Positions 1 to 8,217 of a DNA stretch of 64,000 nt are shown here, in pieces. The notes below the pieces were generated by a model, which saw nothing but the letters and a program-made list of their open reading frames with translations, was not told the origin of the DNA and did no database searches. Positions within the stretch are counted from its first letter, which is position 1. Every line of letters starts with the position of its first letter. The stretch comes from Rhodospirillaceae bacterium. Its GTDB lineage: Bacteria > Pseudomonadota > Alphaproteobacteria > MPNO01 > UBA2964. Position numbers and translations under genes: made by a program. Location of the stretch: assembly GCA_038146865.1 (NCBI GenBank), contig JAYQSL010000007.1:131190-195189 (forward strand). Direction: 5' to 3'.

Positions 1-111
1 TGCATTGTAGCAATTGGTAAACATCAGGAACTGATAGAGCAAAGCGACCTTTACGCGAGGCTTGCTGCTTTGCAATTTGATGTGGAACTGCCGAAAAAAA
101 CCGAATTTTAA
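1..111 (+). CDS. 3' end of an ABC transporter ATP-binding/permease fusion protein (MsbA-like exporter C-terminus, partial)
   Basis: Frame 1 is open from the window edge to TAA at 109-111. The translation ...AIGKHQELIEQSDLYARLAALQF... resembles the typical C-terminal tail of ABC exporters. Confidence 0.5.
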   Translation, partial: CIVAIGKHQELIEQSDLYARLAALQFDVELPKKTEF

Positions 112-136
112 CAGTTTATTGAGCTGTTATACATAA

Positions 137-1495
137 TTAGCGGTTCGTTAGCTTAAATTCTATCCGTCGATTCCTCTGCAGAGCTTCTTTGCTCGATGAA
201 TTTTCAATTGGATGGAATTCTCCAAACCCGGCTGCAACGAGTCTTTCCGGCGGAAGGCCGTTTTGAATTAATAGCTTGATTACCGAGACGGCCCTGGCTG
301 TTGAGAGTTCCCAGTTGGATCGAAATTCTCTATTTCTAATTGGTCGTCTGTCGGTGTGTCCATCTACTCGTAAAACCCAATCGAGGTTGGCAGGGATTTT
401 TGCTCCAATTTCACTAAGCGTTTTTCCTAATTCAGCTATCTTTCTGCGGCCCACTGCTTTTATTTCACTAGACCCTGAACCAAATAGAATTTCTGATTGA
501 AAAACGAACCTATCTCCGACTATTCGAATATCACCACGATCTCCAATGACTTCACTCAATTTACCAAAAAATTCAGATCGATATCTAGCCAGTTCCTCTA
601 CTTTAGCTGCTAGTGCCGCATTAAGTCGTTTTCCAAGATTTATAATTTTCACTTGTTGTCTTTTGCTTTTCTCCTCGTAAGCCTCCAGGGCGGCTGAGAT
701 TTTTTCTAATTTTTGTCGAAGGGCAGCAATCTGTTGATTTAGAAGTTCAACCCTTGCCCGCTCGGTCGCTGACAGATTTTTTTCCTCCAACAGTCCTTTC
801 TCCAAAGCACCAGCGCGAGTCTTCATTTGGCTTAGCAATAATTTGGTCTCTTTTAACTGCTTTTGCGCGAGCAAAGTACGTTCGGTCTCAGTGCTGAGTT
901 TTGCCTCCAGTTCTTTCGATTTGTCTCTCAATGATGAGAGCTTTTTCTCGCTTAATTTTAAGGCGGTTGCGCTCAGGGAAACCTGATTTTCTAGTTTGGT
1001 ACGTAATTTTTTTAGAGCCTCTATATCTCTTTGAAGCTGTTCAAGTTCTCCTAATTGCAACTTAATTTTTTCACGGTCGACTTCAATTTCCTTGTAAGAA
1101 CTTGCAAGCTCTAAAGTTGTTTGATTCAGTTTAGTTTCAGATATCAACAATGCTTCAGCAAGTTTTTGCTTTTCTTGCTTAGACACAACCAGCTGATTTT
1201 TTAGCGCATCTCTCTCCGAGACGGTATTTTCTAGATCTATATCCAGTTGATTTATTTTTGATCTTAGCTCGGCGCTTTCTTTTTTTTCGATGGCAAGTAA
1301 CTCAGATAGCTCAGCAACTTGCTGCGTCAGCCGACTTAAAGCTTGGTCTCGGCCCGAGAGGGTTTCTGTCAGAAAGTGTTGAGCAAGGGTAAACACCATC
1401 AATAAAAATAAAATGATGATCAAAAGAGTTGATATCGCGTCCACAAAGCCAGGCCAAATATTTGTAGGGGAATGACGTCTCATGTGAAGCTGCAA
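137..1495 (-). CDS. MotB-like stator/anchor protein: N-terminal TM and plug motif, roughly 260-aa coiled coil, C-terminal OmpA/MotB peptidoglycan-binding domain
   Basis: A 452-aa ORF. The N-terminus, NIWPGFVDAISTLLIIILFLLMVF, is the MotB-type TM segment with the conserved Asp. Residues about 50-310 are heptad-rich in E, K, L and Q. The C-terminus, RIVGDRFVFQSEILFGSGSSEI...RVDGHTDRRPIRN...SNWELSTARAVSV...RRIEF, is a canonical OmpA_C/MotB_C. It lies 19 nt downstream of a MotA-like gene. Confidence 0.85.
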   Translation of the reverse strand: MQLHMRRHSPTNIWPGFVDAISTLLIIILFLLMVFTLAQHFLTETLSGRDQALSRLTQQVAELSELLAIEKKESAELRSKINQLDIDLENTVSERDALKNQLVVSKQEKQKLAEALLISETKLNQTTLELASSYKEIEVDREKIKLQLGELEQLQRDIEALKKLRTKLENQVSLSATALKLSEKKLSSLRDKSKELEAKLSTETERTLLAQKQLKETKLLLSQMKTRAGALEKGLLEEKNLSATERARVELLNQQIAALRQKLEKISAALEAYEEKSKRQQVKIINLGKRLNAALAAKVEELARYRSEFFGKLSEVIGDRGDIRIVGDRFVFQSEILFGSGSSEIKAVGRRKIAELGKTLSEIGAKIPANLDWVLRVDGHTDRRPIRNREFRSNWELSTARAVSVIKLLIQNGLPPERLVAAGFGEFHPIENSSSKEALQRNRRIEFKLTNR

Positions 1496-1514
1496 AGCGA
1501 TAGTTTACTGGTGC

Positions 1515-2660
1515 TCAGCGGCTATTAGTGCGTTCAGCCGCAGCCGCAATCGTTCGTGATAAAACGCGAATTTCTGCCCTGAGTTCAGATACCATTTCGG
1601 CCCGGCCGCCTGATATTTCGTCGACTAAATTCACCAGGTTTTGCTCTATTTTGTTTAGACCAGACAACAATGCTTGACCTGTTTCGATTTGCTTTGGATT
1701 TCCCTCGCGAATGTCCAGGATGATGGGTTCCAGGGTTTGTTGAACTTTTGCCAGTTGAATCATCGTGTCTTCCGCTGTCCTCATCTGTTCAACTAAAACA
1801 TTTATATTTTCAGCAAATTTGGCGACGACTTGGCTTACAGAAAGACGGCTTTCCTCGCCTCTTTCAAGGGTCCGTTCAAGCCTCTCGAGGCTGTCCGCGG
1901 TTTTTTCAAGGAGAGCCTCAACATATGCGGGAACCCCGACTTCGCCTTCAGATAAATTTATAGGCCCTGACGAAAGCCTTGTTTGTCGCGCTAGCCATTC
2001 CTCAACGTCATTATAAAAATGGTTTTGGGCCTGGCTTGACTGCAGTTCCAGGAAGCCCAACACAAGCGATCCCGCAAGCCCAAAAAGAGATGAGCTAAAA
2101 GCTGTTCCCATTCCTTCGAGCGGCGCCTGAAGACCTTTTTTGAGATCACTGAAAACCGTTGTCATGTCGCCCGAACCAGCACTGAGACCGCTTATGACAC
2201 CAGCTACCGAATTTATTGTTTGGAGTAATCCCCAGAAAGTTCCGAGTAGACCGAGAAAAATCAATAAACCTATCATATATCTCGAGATATCCCGGGTTTC
2301 CTCCAACCTTGATGCCAACCCATCCAGCAATGATCGTTGCGATAAAGCAGATATCGTGGTCACAGTTTTCTGTTCCCCTAACATGGTTGCAATTGGCGCC
2401 AGGAGTTTGGGCGAGCCCCTCGTGTAAAGCCCGTTTTGATTAAAACGATAATCGTCAAGCCACGATGTTTCTTTTAATAGCAGAAGTGGTTGACGGATTA
2501 TGTGGATCACCCCAATTACTAGGACGCCGAGGATGACCCCATTCAGCCCTGGGTTCGATAGAAATGACTTAAAAAGGTCAGAGGAAATTAATAATACAAT
2601 AGCGACTACAATAATAAGAAAGACCACCATTCTTATGAGATATTGCCCTGGTTTTTTCAT
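1515..2660 (-). CDS. MotA/TolQ/ExbB-family proton-channel protein with extended C-terminal cytoplasmic coiled-coil tail
   Basis: A 381-aa ORF with an N-terminal TM pair. It carries the MotA_ExbB signature helices IGLLIFLGLLGTFWGLLQTI and GMGTAFSSSLFGLAGSLVLGFL; compare TolQ in the same window, GLFGTVWGIM...AEALFATALGLVAA. After the last TM there is a helical tail of about 170 aa rich in E, R and L. Confidence 0.85.
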   Translation of the reverse strand: MKKPGQYLIRMVVFLIIVVAIVLLISSDLFKSFLSNPGLNGVILGVLVIGVIHIIRQPLLLLKETSWLDDYRFNQNGLYTRGSPKLLAPIATMLGEQKTVTTISALSQRSLLDGLASRLEETRDISRYMIGLLIFLGLLGTFWGLLQTINSVAGVISGLSAGSGDMTTVFSDLKKGLQAPLEGMGTAFSSSLFGLAGSLVLGFLELQSSQAQNHFYNDVEEWLARQTRLSSGPINLSEGEVGVPAYVEALLEKTADSLERLERTLERGEESRLSVSQVVAKFAENINVLVEQMRTAEDTMIQLAKVQQTLEPIILDIREGNPKQIETGQALLSGLNKIEQNLVNLVDEISGGRAEMVSELRAEIRVLSRTIAAAAERTNSR

Positions 2661-2722
2661 GATAACCTCTCTAGCTATACTGGGCCGAATGGTTTAACCC
2701 GCCATATCTCGCGGCGGTGACG

Positions 2723-3634
2723 CTAATTAATTAGAAGATCAACGCGGTCAGGTGGTACTGTTTGTCCTTTCGACCCAAGGGCGCGAACATCTATCCTCGT
2801 GCTGCGGATACCAAGTCCTATCAGAGAAGCCCGCACTGCAAGCGCTCGAGAAAGAGACAAACGGCGTGCTTGACTCTCTGTGATCCCAGTTGACGAGGCA
2901 TAGGCTCTGACTTCTACCCTGCTTCTTTCTGAGGCCTTTAATTCACTAGCAATATCGCCCAATGTCTTCTGGGCTTGGGCGTTTAAATTAGAAGTTCCAA
3001 TCCCAAAATTAATGGTAAACGGTTTTTTGTCAGTTTTAACAGGTGCTTTGGCCAGAACTGTGCTCTTATTTGCAGTTTTTGGTTTAGTTTTTGTATTTAA
3101 GAGGTCTTTAGGTTTGGGAGCAGAAACCACAGCTTTCCCCGACTTTACAGGGCTTTTGGGTTGTACTGGCGGTGCGCTTTTAGTGAGTATTTTTGGTTCG
3201 ACAGTATCTCTAGAGGATGATCTCGTTACGCTAATGGGTGTCTGTTTTTTTTGACCTAAATTTCTTCTAATTCTTTTTTTAAGATCGGGGGGAGCGGTCA
3301 AGGAGGGATCCCATTTGGATTTCTTCTCATGACCTATCTTCCCGGCTGGGGGTATGAACTTTCCTCCAATTATAATCGGAAACTGGGGTTTTTTACCTCC
3401 AAGAGGAAATGGGACGACCGAAAAAGAGTAATCATTTTGCTCTGCAGTCCTTTTGCCCAAAAGTGCTGACGCTACATTTGGTGGAGCTCCTAATTTTTCG
3501 AGGACCTTGTTATCCACAAAAACGCTTTGAGCATTTGAGGTTCCACTAAATACGATGGCAATACAGCCAAAAAATAAAGTAAAAATAGAATGCATTTTTA
3601 ACAAACCAGCGCTTGGGCGTCTCAGTTTGGTCAT
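2723..3634 (-). CDS. Secreted or periplasmic OmpA-like domain protein with Pro/Lys-rich linker; first gene of the MotA/MotB-like operon
   Basis: The signal peptide is MTKLRRPSAGLLKMHSIFTLFFGCIAIVFSGTSNA-Q. The ATG at 3634 is preceded by GGAGCTGAGGGGGAT, a ribosome-binding site; the ORF tool calls its start at 3679. A central low-complexity region, PKxP/KTKPK, follows. The C-terminal roughly 100 aa fit the OmpA_C pattern (FTINFGIGTSNLNAQAQKTL...RVEVRAYASSTG...ARRLSLSRALAVRASL...DRVDLLI). Confidence 0.75.
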   Translation of the reverse strand: MTKLRRPSAGLLKMHSIFTLFFGCIAIVFSGTSNAQSVFVDNKVLEKLGAPPNVASALLGKRTAEQNDYSFSVVPFPLGGKKPQFPIIIGGKFIPPAGKIGHEKKSKWDPSLTAPPDLKKRIRRNLGQKKQTPISVTRSSSRDTVEPKILTKSAPPVQPKSPVKSGKAVVSAPKPKDLLNTKTKPKTANKSTVLAKAPVKTDKKPFTINFGIGTSNLNAQAQKTLGDIASELKASERSRVEVRAYASSTGITESQARRLSLSRALAVRASLIGLGIRSTRIDVRALGSKGQTVPPDRVDLLIN

Positions 3635-3741
3635 CGATCTATCCCCCTCAGCTCCATCTTTGGTCCTTGAGTAATTCACCAGATCAAACTAGGAATCCCG
3701 TAACCATAACCCAGACACTATAGCCCCACAATGAATTAACG

Positions 3742-4548
3742 TTAAGAGTGTCGTCGGTTCTTTAAGCCCTGCTGGAGTAGATGCTTGATTGGATCGTATA
3801 AGGAACTGTTCGTTGCCAGAATGGAACCGCCCCTGAGAGGATCGTTTCGGCCGTCAATTTCACTTACCATCCCACCCGCTTCTCTTACGATAAGGATTCC
3901 GGCAGCCACGTCCCACGATGAGAGACCAAATTCCCAAAAACCCTCGTAGCGGCCGGCGGCAACAAAGGCCAGGTCTAACGCAGCGGACCCGAAACGGCGG
4001 ATACCTGCTGTGTGCTCCATAACCAGTGGCAACGCAGCCATCATCTCTTCTTTGCCCTCTCGACCCAAAAAAGGGATCCCTGTCGCGAGTATCGACTCTG
4101 AAAGTTTCGATCTTGCAGACACTCTGAGCCGAGTGTTGTTTAAATATGCTCCCTGACCCTTGGCTGCCCAAAAAAACTCCTCTCGAAGGGGGTCGAGGAT
4201 GATACCCTCCAAAATTTCCCCTTTGTGCACATGCGCAATGGAAATAGAGAAATGCGGAATCGCGTGGAGAAAGTTAGTCGTCCCGTCAAGGGGATCAACG
4301 ATCCACTGATCTTCAGCCTTGGCATCACCAATATGTCCTGCCTCTTCCATAATCATAGAGAATTGGGGATAGGCGGCGCTTAGCTCTCTCTGAATTATAT
4401 TTTCGGCACGCCTGTCTGCCTCAGACACAAAATCAGCTGGGCCTTTACGAGAGATTTGTAAATGTTCCACTTCATTAAAATCATGAACTAGACTGCGTGC
4501 AGCTTTGCGGGCTGCGCCATCCATAATATTTATTATTGCTGGCCGCAT
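3742..4548 (-). CDS. suhB: Inositol monophosphatase family protein (SuhB-like)
   Basis: IMPase motifs WIVDPLDGTTNFLHAIPHFSISIA and ILEGIILDP; 268 aa. Confidence 0.85.
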   Translation of the reverse strand: MRPAIINIMDGAARKAARSLVHDFNEVEHLQISRKGPADFVSEADRRAENIIQRELSAAYPQFSMIMEEAGHIGDAKAEDQWIVDPLDGTTNFLHAIPHFSISIAHVHKGEILEGIILDPLREEFFWAAKGQGAYLNNTRLRVSARSKLSESILATGIPFLGREGKEEMMAALPLVMEHTAGIRRFGSAALDLAFVAAGRYEGFWEFGLSSWDVAAGILIVREAGGMVSEIDGRNDPLRGGSILATNSSLYDPIKHLLQQGLKNRRHS

Positions 4549-4587
4549 TATTTTGCTCCTGCACCGGGATCAGGTACTTAGCTGAAG

Positions 4588-5154
4588 TTAGTCTTTTGCT
4601 CGCTCAATATACGAGCTGTCTGAAGTGTTAACGACAATCTTGGTGCCGGCCTGAATGTGGGGTGGCACCATTACCCGAACACCATTTTCGGTGACCGCAG
4701 GTTTATATGAGGAGGAAGCGGTTTGTCCCTTCACGACCGCGTCGGCTTCTGTGACCAAAAGCGTGACTGACGTCGGTGGTGTAAGTCCAACCGGAGTTCC
4801 TTCTACCGTATTTACGAGGACTTCCATCCCGTCAGTCAAAAATATAGCGGCCTCACCAGCCATATTTTTTTCAACGGTAAATTGATCATACGTTTCGGAA
4901 TCCATCAGAGTAACCAGGTCGCCATCCATAAAGAGTATCGTGCACGTTTTTTCATCTGTCGTAAGTTTCTCAACAGTTTCTTGGGTTCTGAACCTCACGT
5001 TAGTTTTTACTCCAGTTGAAACATCACGCATATCTAAGGCAATGAAAGCGTTTCCTTTCCCCGGTAAAATCAAGTCATATTTGAGAATGCTGTAGCGTCT
5101 GCCCTCATGCTCGATAACGTGATTGGGACGAAGTGTATTGGCGTTCACCTTCAT
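4588..5154 (-). CDS. efp: Elongation factor P
   Basis: 188 aa. The N-terminus VIEHEGRRYSILKYDLILPGKGNAFIALDMRD contains the conserved PGKG lysine loop. Confidence 0.95.
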   Translation of the reverse strand: MKVNANTLRPNHVIEHEGRRYSILKYDLILPGKGNAFIALDMRDVSTGVKTNVRFRTQETVEKLTTDEKTCTILFMDGDLVTLMDSETYDQFTVEKNMAGEAAIFLTDGMEVLVNTVEGTPVGLTPPTSVTLLVTEADAVVKGQTASSSYKPAVTENGVRVMVPPHIQAGTKIVVNTSDSSYIERAKD

Positions 5155-5202
5155 GATAAATATCCGAATTTTGGCTGCTGGTTGATTCCTGGCCGGAACC
5201 TA

Positions 5203-6291
5203 TCACTCGGAGTCTAAAGGTTCAATATTGTCCTCGTAATGATGTGTCGCTCCTTTATGGTCTTCGACTATCCAACCCATTCCATCAACGCTTGGAGTAA
5301 TCCAGGTGTCTTCAGCTGAAACTTTCCCGAAACCTCCGGGTATGTCCAACACATATAGAGGTTGTGCAATCCCAGAGAGACGACCCCGAATAGATCGAAC
5401 TAAATTCCGACCGTGCCTCAGTGTGGTCCGAAAATGAGAAGTTCCTTGGGCTAAGTCGCCCTGATGCAAGTAATAGGGCTTTATACGATTTTCAACTAAG
5501 GTACGCATCAGTTTTGTAAGGTCTGTTGAGTTATCATTGATACCTTTTAAAAGAACAGTTTGACTCAGCATTGGGATACCAGAGTCAATTAATTTTCGGA
5601 TCGCTTCCTCTGCTGATTGATCTATCTCTGACGCGTGATTGCAGTGTAGTACAATCCAAAGCGGCTTCTGAATATTGAGCGCTTTTAACATAGCGCTCGT
5701 GATCCTATCAGGATCAAGGGCTGGGACCCGAGTATGAATTCTAATCGTCCCAACATGGTCGATTTTCTCAAGTCTGTTCAGGATATCATTGATTCTTTGA
5801 GGTGCTAATATCAGCGGATCTCCTCCCGATAATATCACCTCCCAGATCTCATTGTTTTGTTTTATGTAGTCGAGGGCTTTGTCGAGTTGGGCCTCGCTTA
5901 AACGGGCCCCTCCAACTGAATTTCTCCGGAAACAAAATCGGCAGTATACCGGACAGGACGATACCGGCATGAGTAAAACGCGGTCTGGATAGCGGTGAAC
6001 GAGACCAAACACTGGAGAATGGTGATCATCGCCGATTGGATCAGACAATTCTTTTTCGGACTTTTCATTTTCATCTGTTGTCGGCACGAATTGGCGAACC
6101 AGAGGATCAGACTTGCTTCTCCCTTTAAGCCGTTCCAGAAGTTTTTTCGGGATCCCGATGGGAAGGGTTCTTGCGGCGTCTTCGCAAGCCTCGGTATCTG
6201 AAAGACATACCAAGTTGGCGTCCACAAGTGCTGAGAGGATTTGCGAATGTTTTTTGCGCTTTCTTCCGGTAAGTTTTTGGATGATATTCAT
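5203..6291 (-). CDS. epmB: EF-P beta-lysylation protein EpmB (lysine 2,3-aminomutase family, radical SAM)
   Basis: Radical-SAM CPVYCRFCFRR motif and KamA-family length of 362 aa. It sits next to efp and diverges from epmA. Confidence 0.85.
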   Translation of the reverse strand: MNIIQKLTGRKRKKHSQILSALVDANLVCLSDTEACEDAARTLPIGIPKKLLERLKGRSKSDPLVRQFVPTTDENEKSEKELSDPIGDDHHSPVFGLVHRYPDRVLLMPVSSCPVYCRFCFRRNSVGGARLSEAQLDKALDYIKQNNEIWEVILSGGDPLILAPQRINDILNRLEKIDHVGTIRIHTRVPALDPDRITSAMLKALNIQKPLWIVLHCNHASEIDQSAEEAIRKLIDSGIPMLSQTVLLKGINDNSTDLTKLMRTLVENRIKPYYLHQGDLAQGTSHFRTTLRHGRNLVRSIRGRLSGIAQPLYVLDIPGGFGKVSAEDTWITPSVDGMGWIVEDHKGATHHYEDNIEPLDSE

Positions 6292-6322
6292 CCGATCAGA
6301 GCCTCATAAATTATAAAATGAC

Positions 6323-7396
6323 ATGAAAACTGACCCAGCTCAAAAACTACTCCCGAAGTGGTGGGATCCAGATCGTATCGCTCTTTTGTTACCAAAGCTT
6401 AGGGCCCGAAATCAAATCTTATCCGTAATAAAAGATTGGTTTAGAAGCGAAGAATTCATAGAGGTAGAAACTCCTGTATTACAGGATTCACCAGGCTTGG
6501 AGCCTCATTTGATAGCTTTTCAAACAACGCTCCTGGAGCCTTTCTCTGCGTCTGGCTCAACAAAGTATCTTCAGAGCTCCCCCGAATACGCGATGAAAAA
6601 GCTTTTGGTTGCCGGTATGACGAAGATTTTTCAAGTAGCCCGATGCTACCGAAACGCAGAACGTTCGATGATTCATCACCCAGAATTTACGATGCTAGAG
6701 TGGTATCGCTCTGGCGCAACTTGGAGGCAGACAGCGAATGACACCGAGGCTTTGATCAAAGCTGCAGCATCTTTGACAGGAAGAAAGGAGGTAAATTTTA
6801 AAAACAACTTATGTGATCTTCGAAAACCGTTTGATTACCTCTCAGTTACTGAAGCATTTTTGAAATTTGCGAAAATAGATCTTCGATTATCTCTAATAGA
6901 TCCCAATTTTCCTGATAGGTCCAAATTGGCGAAGATGGCTAAAGACTCTGGGATTAGGATTGAAAATGAGGATAGTTGGGAGGTAATCTTTGACAGAATC
7001 TTGATTGAGAAAGTTGAACCAAAACTGGGTTTGGGTCGTGGAACTGTTCTTCATGACTATCCATTGCCACTTGCTGCATTAGCTCGAGGATCTTCTGATG
7101 ATCCTCGTGTGGCTGAGCGTTTCGAGGTCTACATCTGCGGTGTTGAGCTGGCCAATGGTTTTGGTGAGCTTTCTGATCCCGTTGAGCAAAGGCAAAGATT
7201 TGAGAGCGATCTTAAGAAAAAAAAGGCATTAGGTATGGCGGTTTATCCAATCGACGAGGACTTTTTAGCCGCGCTCGAAGTGGGTATGCCTAGTTCTTCT
7301 GGTGTAGCTCTCGGTTTGGATCGTTTGGTGATGTTGTTGGTAGGCGCGAAGTGTATCCAAGATGTAATCTGGGCACCTATCATAACAGACTCATGA
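6323..7396 (+). CDS. epmA: EF-P lysine-34 lysyltransferase EpmA (GenX/PoxA, class II LysRS paralog)
   Basis: Class II aaRS catalytic core without an anticodon-binding domain (FQVARCYRNAE...MLEWY...GLDRLVMLL). It lies in the efp neighbourhood. Confidence 0.85.
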   Translation: MKTDPAQKLLPKWWDPDRIALLLPKLRARNQILSVIKDWFRSEEFIEVETPVLQDSPGLEPHLIAFQTTLLEPFSASGSTKYLQSSPEYAMKKLLVAGMTKIFQVARCYRNAERSMIHHPEFTMLEWYRSGATWRQTANDTEALIKAAASLTGRKEVNFKNNLCDLRKPFDYLSVTEAFLKFAKIDLRLSLIDPNFPDRSKLAKMAKDSGIRIENEDSWEVIFDRILIEKVEPKLGLGRGTVLHDYPLPLAALARGSSDDPRVAERFEVYICGVELANGFGELSDPVEQRQRFESDLKKKKALGMAVYPIDEDFLAALEVGMPSSSGVALGLDRLVMLLVGAKCIQDVIWAPIITDS

Positions 7397-7487
7397 GAGA
7401 ATTTTTTTTGGTTTATTAAATTACTATTCTAAGGGTTTGAAACTTAAAAGATGATCCAAAAGTGAAGAGTTAGCCTTTAATTTTTTC

Positions 7488-8177
7488 TTAGCCGTTCTCA
7501 AAATTTAGGAGCACCTTGTTAAATTCTTTAATAGCTTGTGCTGGTCCTCCTTCAAAATTCCAAACGCTTCCTGATACTGCTATAAAATCAGCTCCGGCTT
7601 CGATCAATGGCTGGCAATTATCCGGAGTTATTCCTCCTATTGCCACGCAGGGAACGTTTGTGATTTGAGACCAGACTTCTAAAATGTTTGGCTCGGCAGT
7701 ATGCACCCTTTCTTTGGTTGAGCTCACGTAAAATGCACCAAAGGCCACATAATCAGCTCCTGCTTCACTCGCTTCCATCGCAAGGTGCTTGGAGTTATGA
7801 CAAGTGACACCCACAATAAAGTCATCACCCACTAAGTTCCTCGCTTCGGGATAAGGTGTGTCGTTTTGGCCGATATGCACGCCGTCGCAACCTAACCGGG
7901 CCGCTAACGACGGATTGTCATTAAGGACAAAAGCAATATCTCGATTTTTTGTGACCTCCATCAGTTTGTCAGCTACCCTGCTAACGTTCTCATCCGAATC
8001 TTTAAGCCTAAGTTGGACACATGCAACATTTCCCTCATCCAACGCAGCGGCCAAAAGCTCAGAAAAAGAGGCTTCTATCGTCCTTTCAAAACTTGGCGGG
8101 GTGATCAAGTAAATTTGGCAAGGTGTCCTATTTGCCATTCTTTTTGTTAAACCTTGTTTTCGGAAGCCGGGGAACAC
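7488..8177 (-). CDS. thiE: Thiamine-phosphate synthase
   Basis: TMP-TENI family motifs (IYLITPP, DGVHIGQND, ADYVAFGAFYVSSTK, CVAIGGIT). The true start may be the internal Met at 8138. Confidence 0.85.
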   Translation of the reverse strand: MFPGFRKQGLTKRMANRTPCQIYLITPPSFERTIEASFSELLAAALDEGNVACVQLRLKDSDENVSRVADKLMEVTKNRDIAFVLNDNPSLAARLGCDGVHIGQNDTPYPEARNLVGDDFIVGVTCHNSKHLAMEASEAGADYVAFGAFYVSSTKERVHTAEPNILEVWSQITNVPCVAIGGITPDNCQPLIEAGADFIAVSGSVWNFEGGPAQAIKEFNKVLLNFENG

Positions 8178-8217
8178 AAAGCCATTGTCTAATTCAAAGA
8201 TAATTTTATTGTCTCTA

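Noticed and set aside
137-3679. Calling the MotA/MotB-like module a bona fide Zorya defence system
   Set aside because: No ZorC/D/E-like nuclease, helicase or EH-domain genes are adjacent, and the long coiled coil is on the B subunit rather than the A subunit. The likeness is architectural only.
5898-6316. Short ORFs overlapping epmB (5898-6227 on the minus strand, 5995-6201 and 6113-6316 on the plus strand)
   Set aside because: They are alternate-frame artefacts within the radical-SAM gene and its divergent promoter region.
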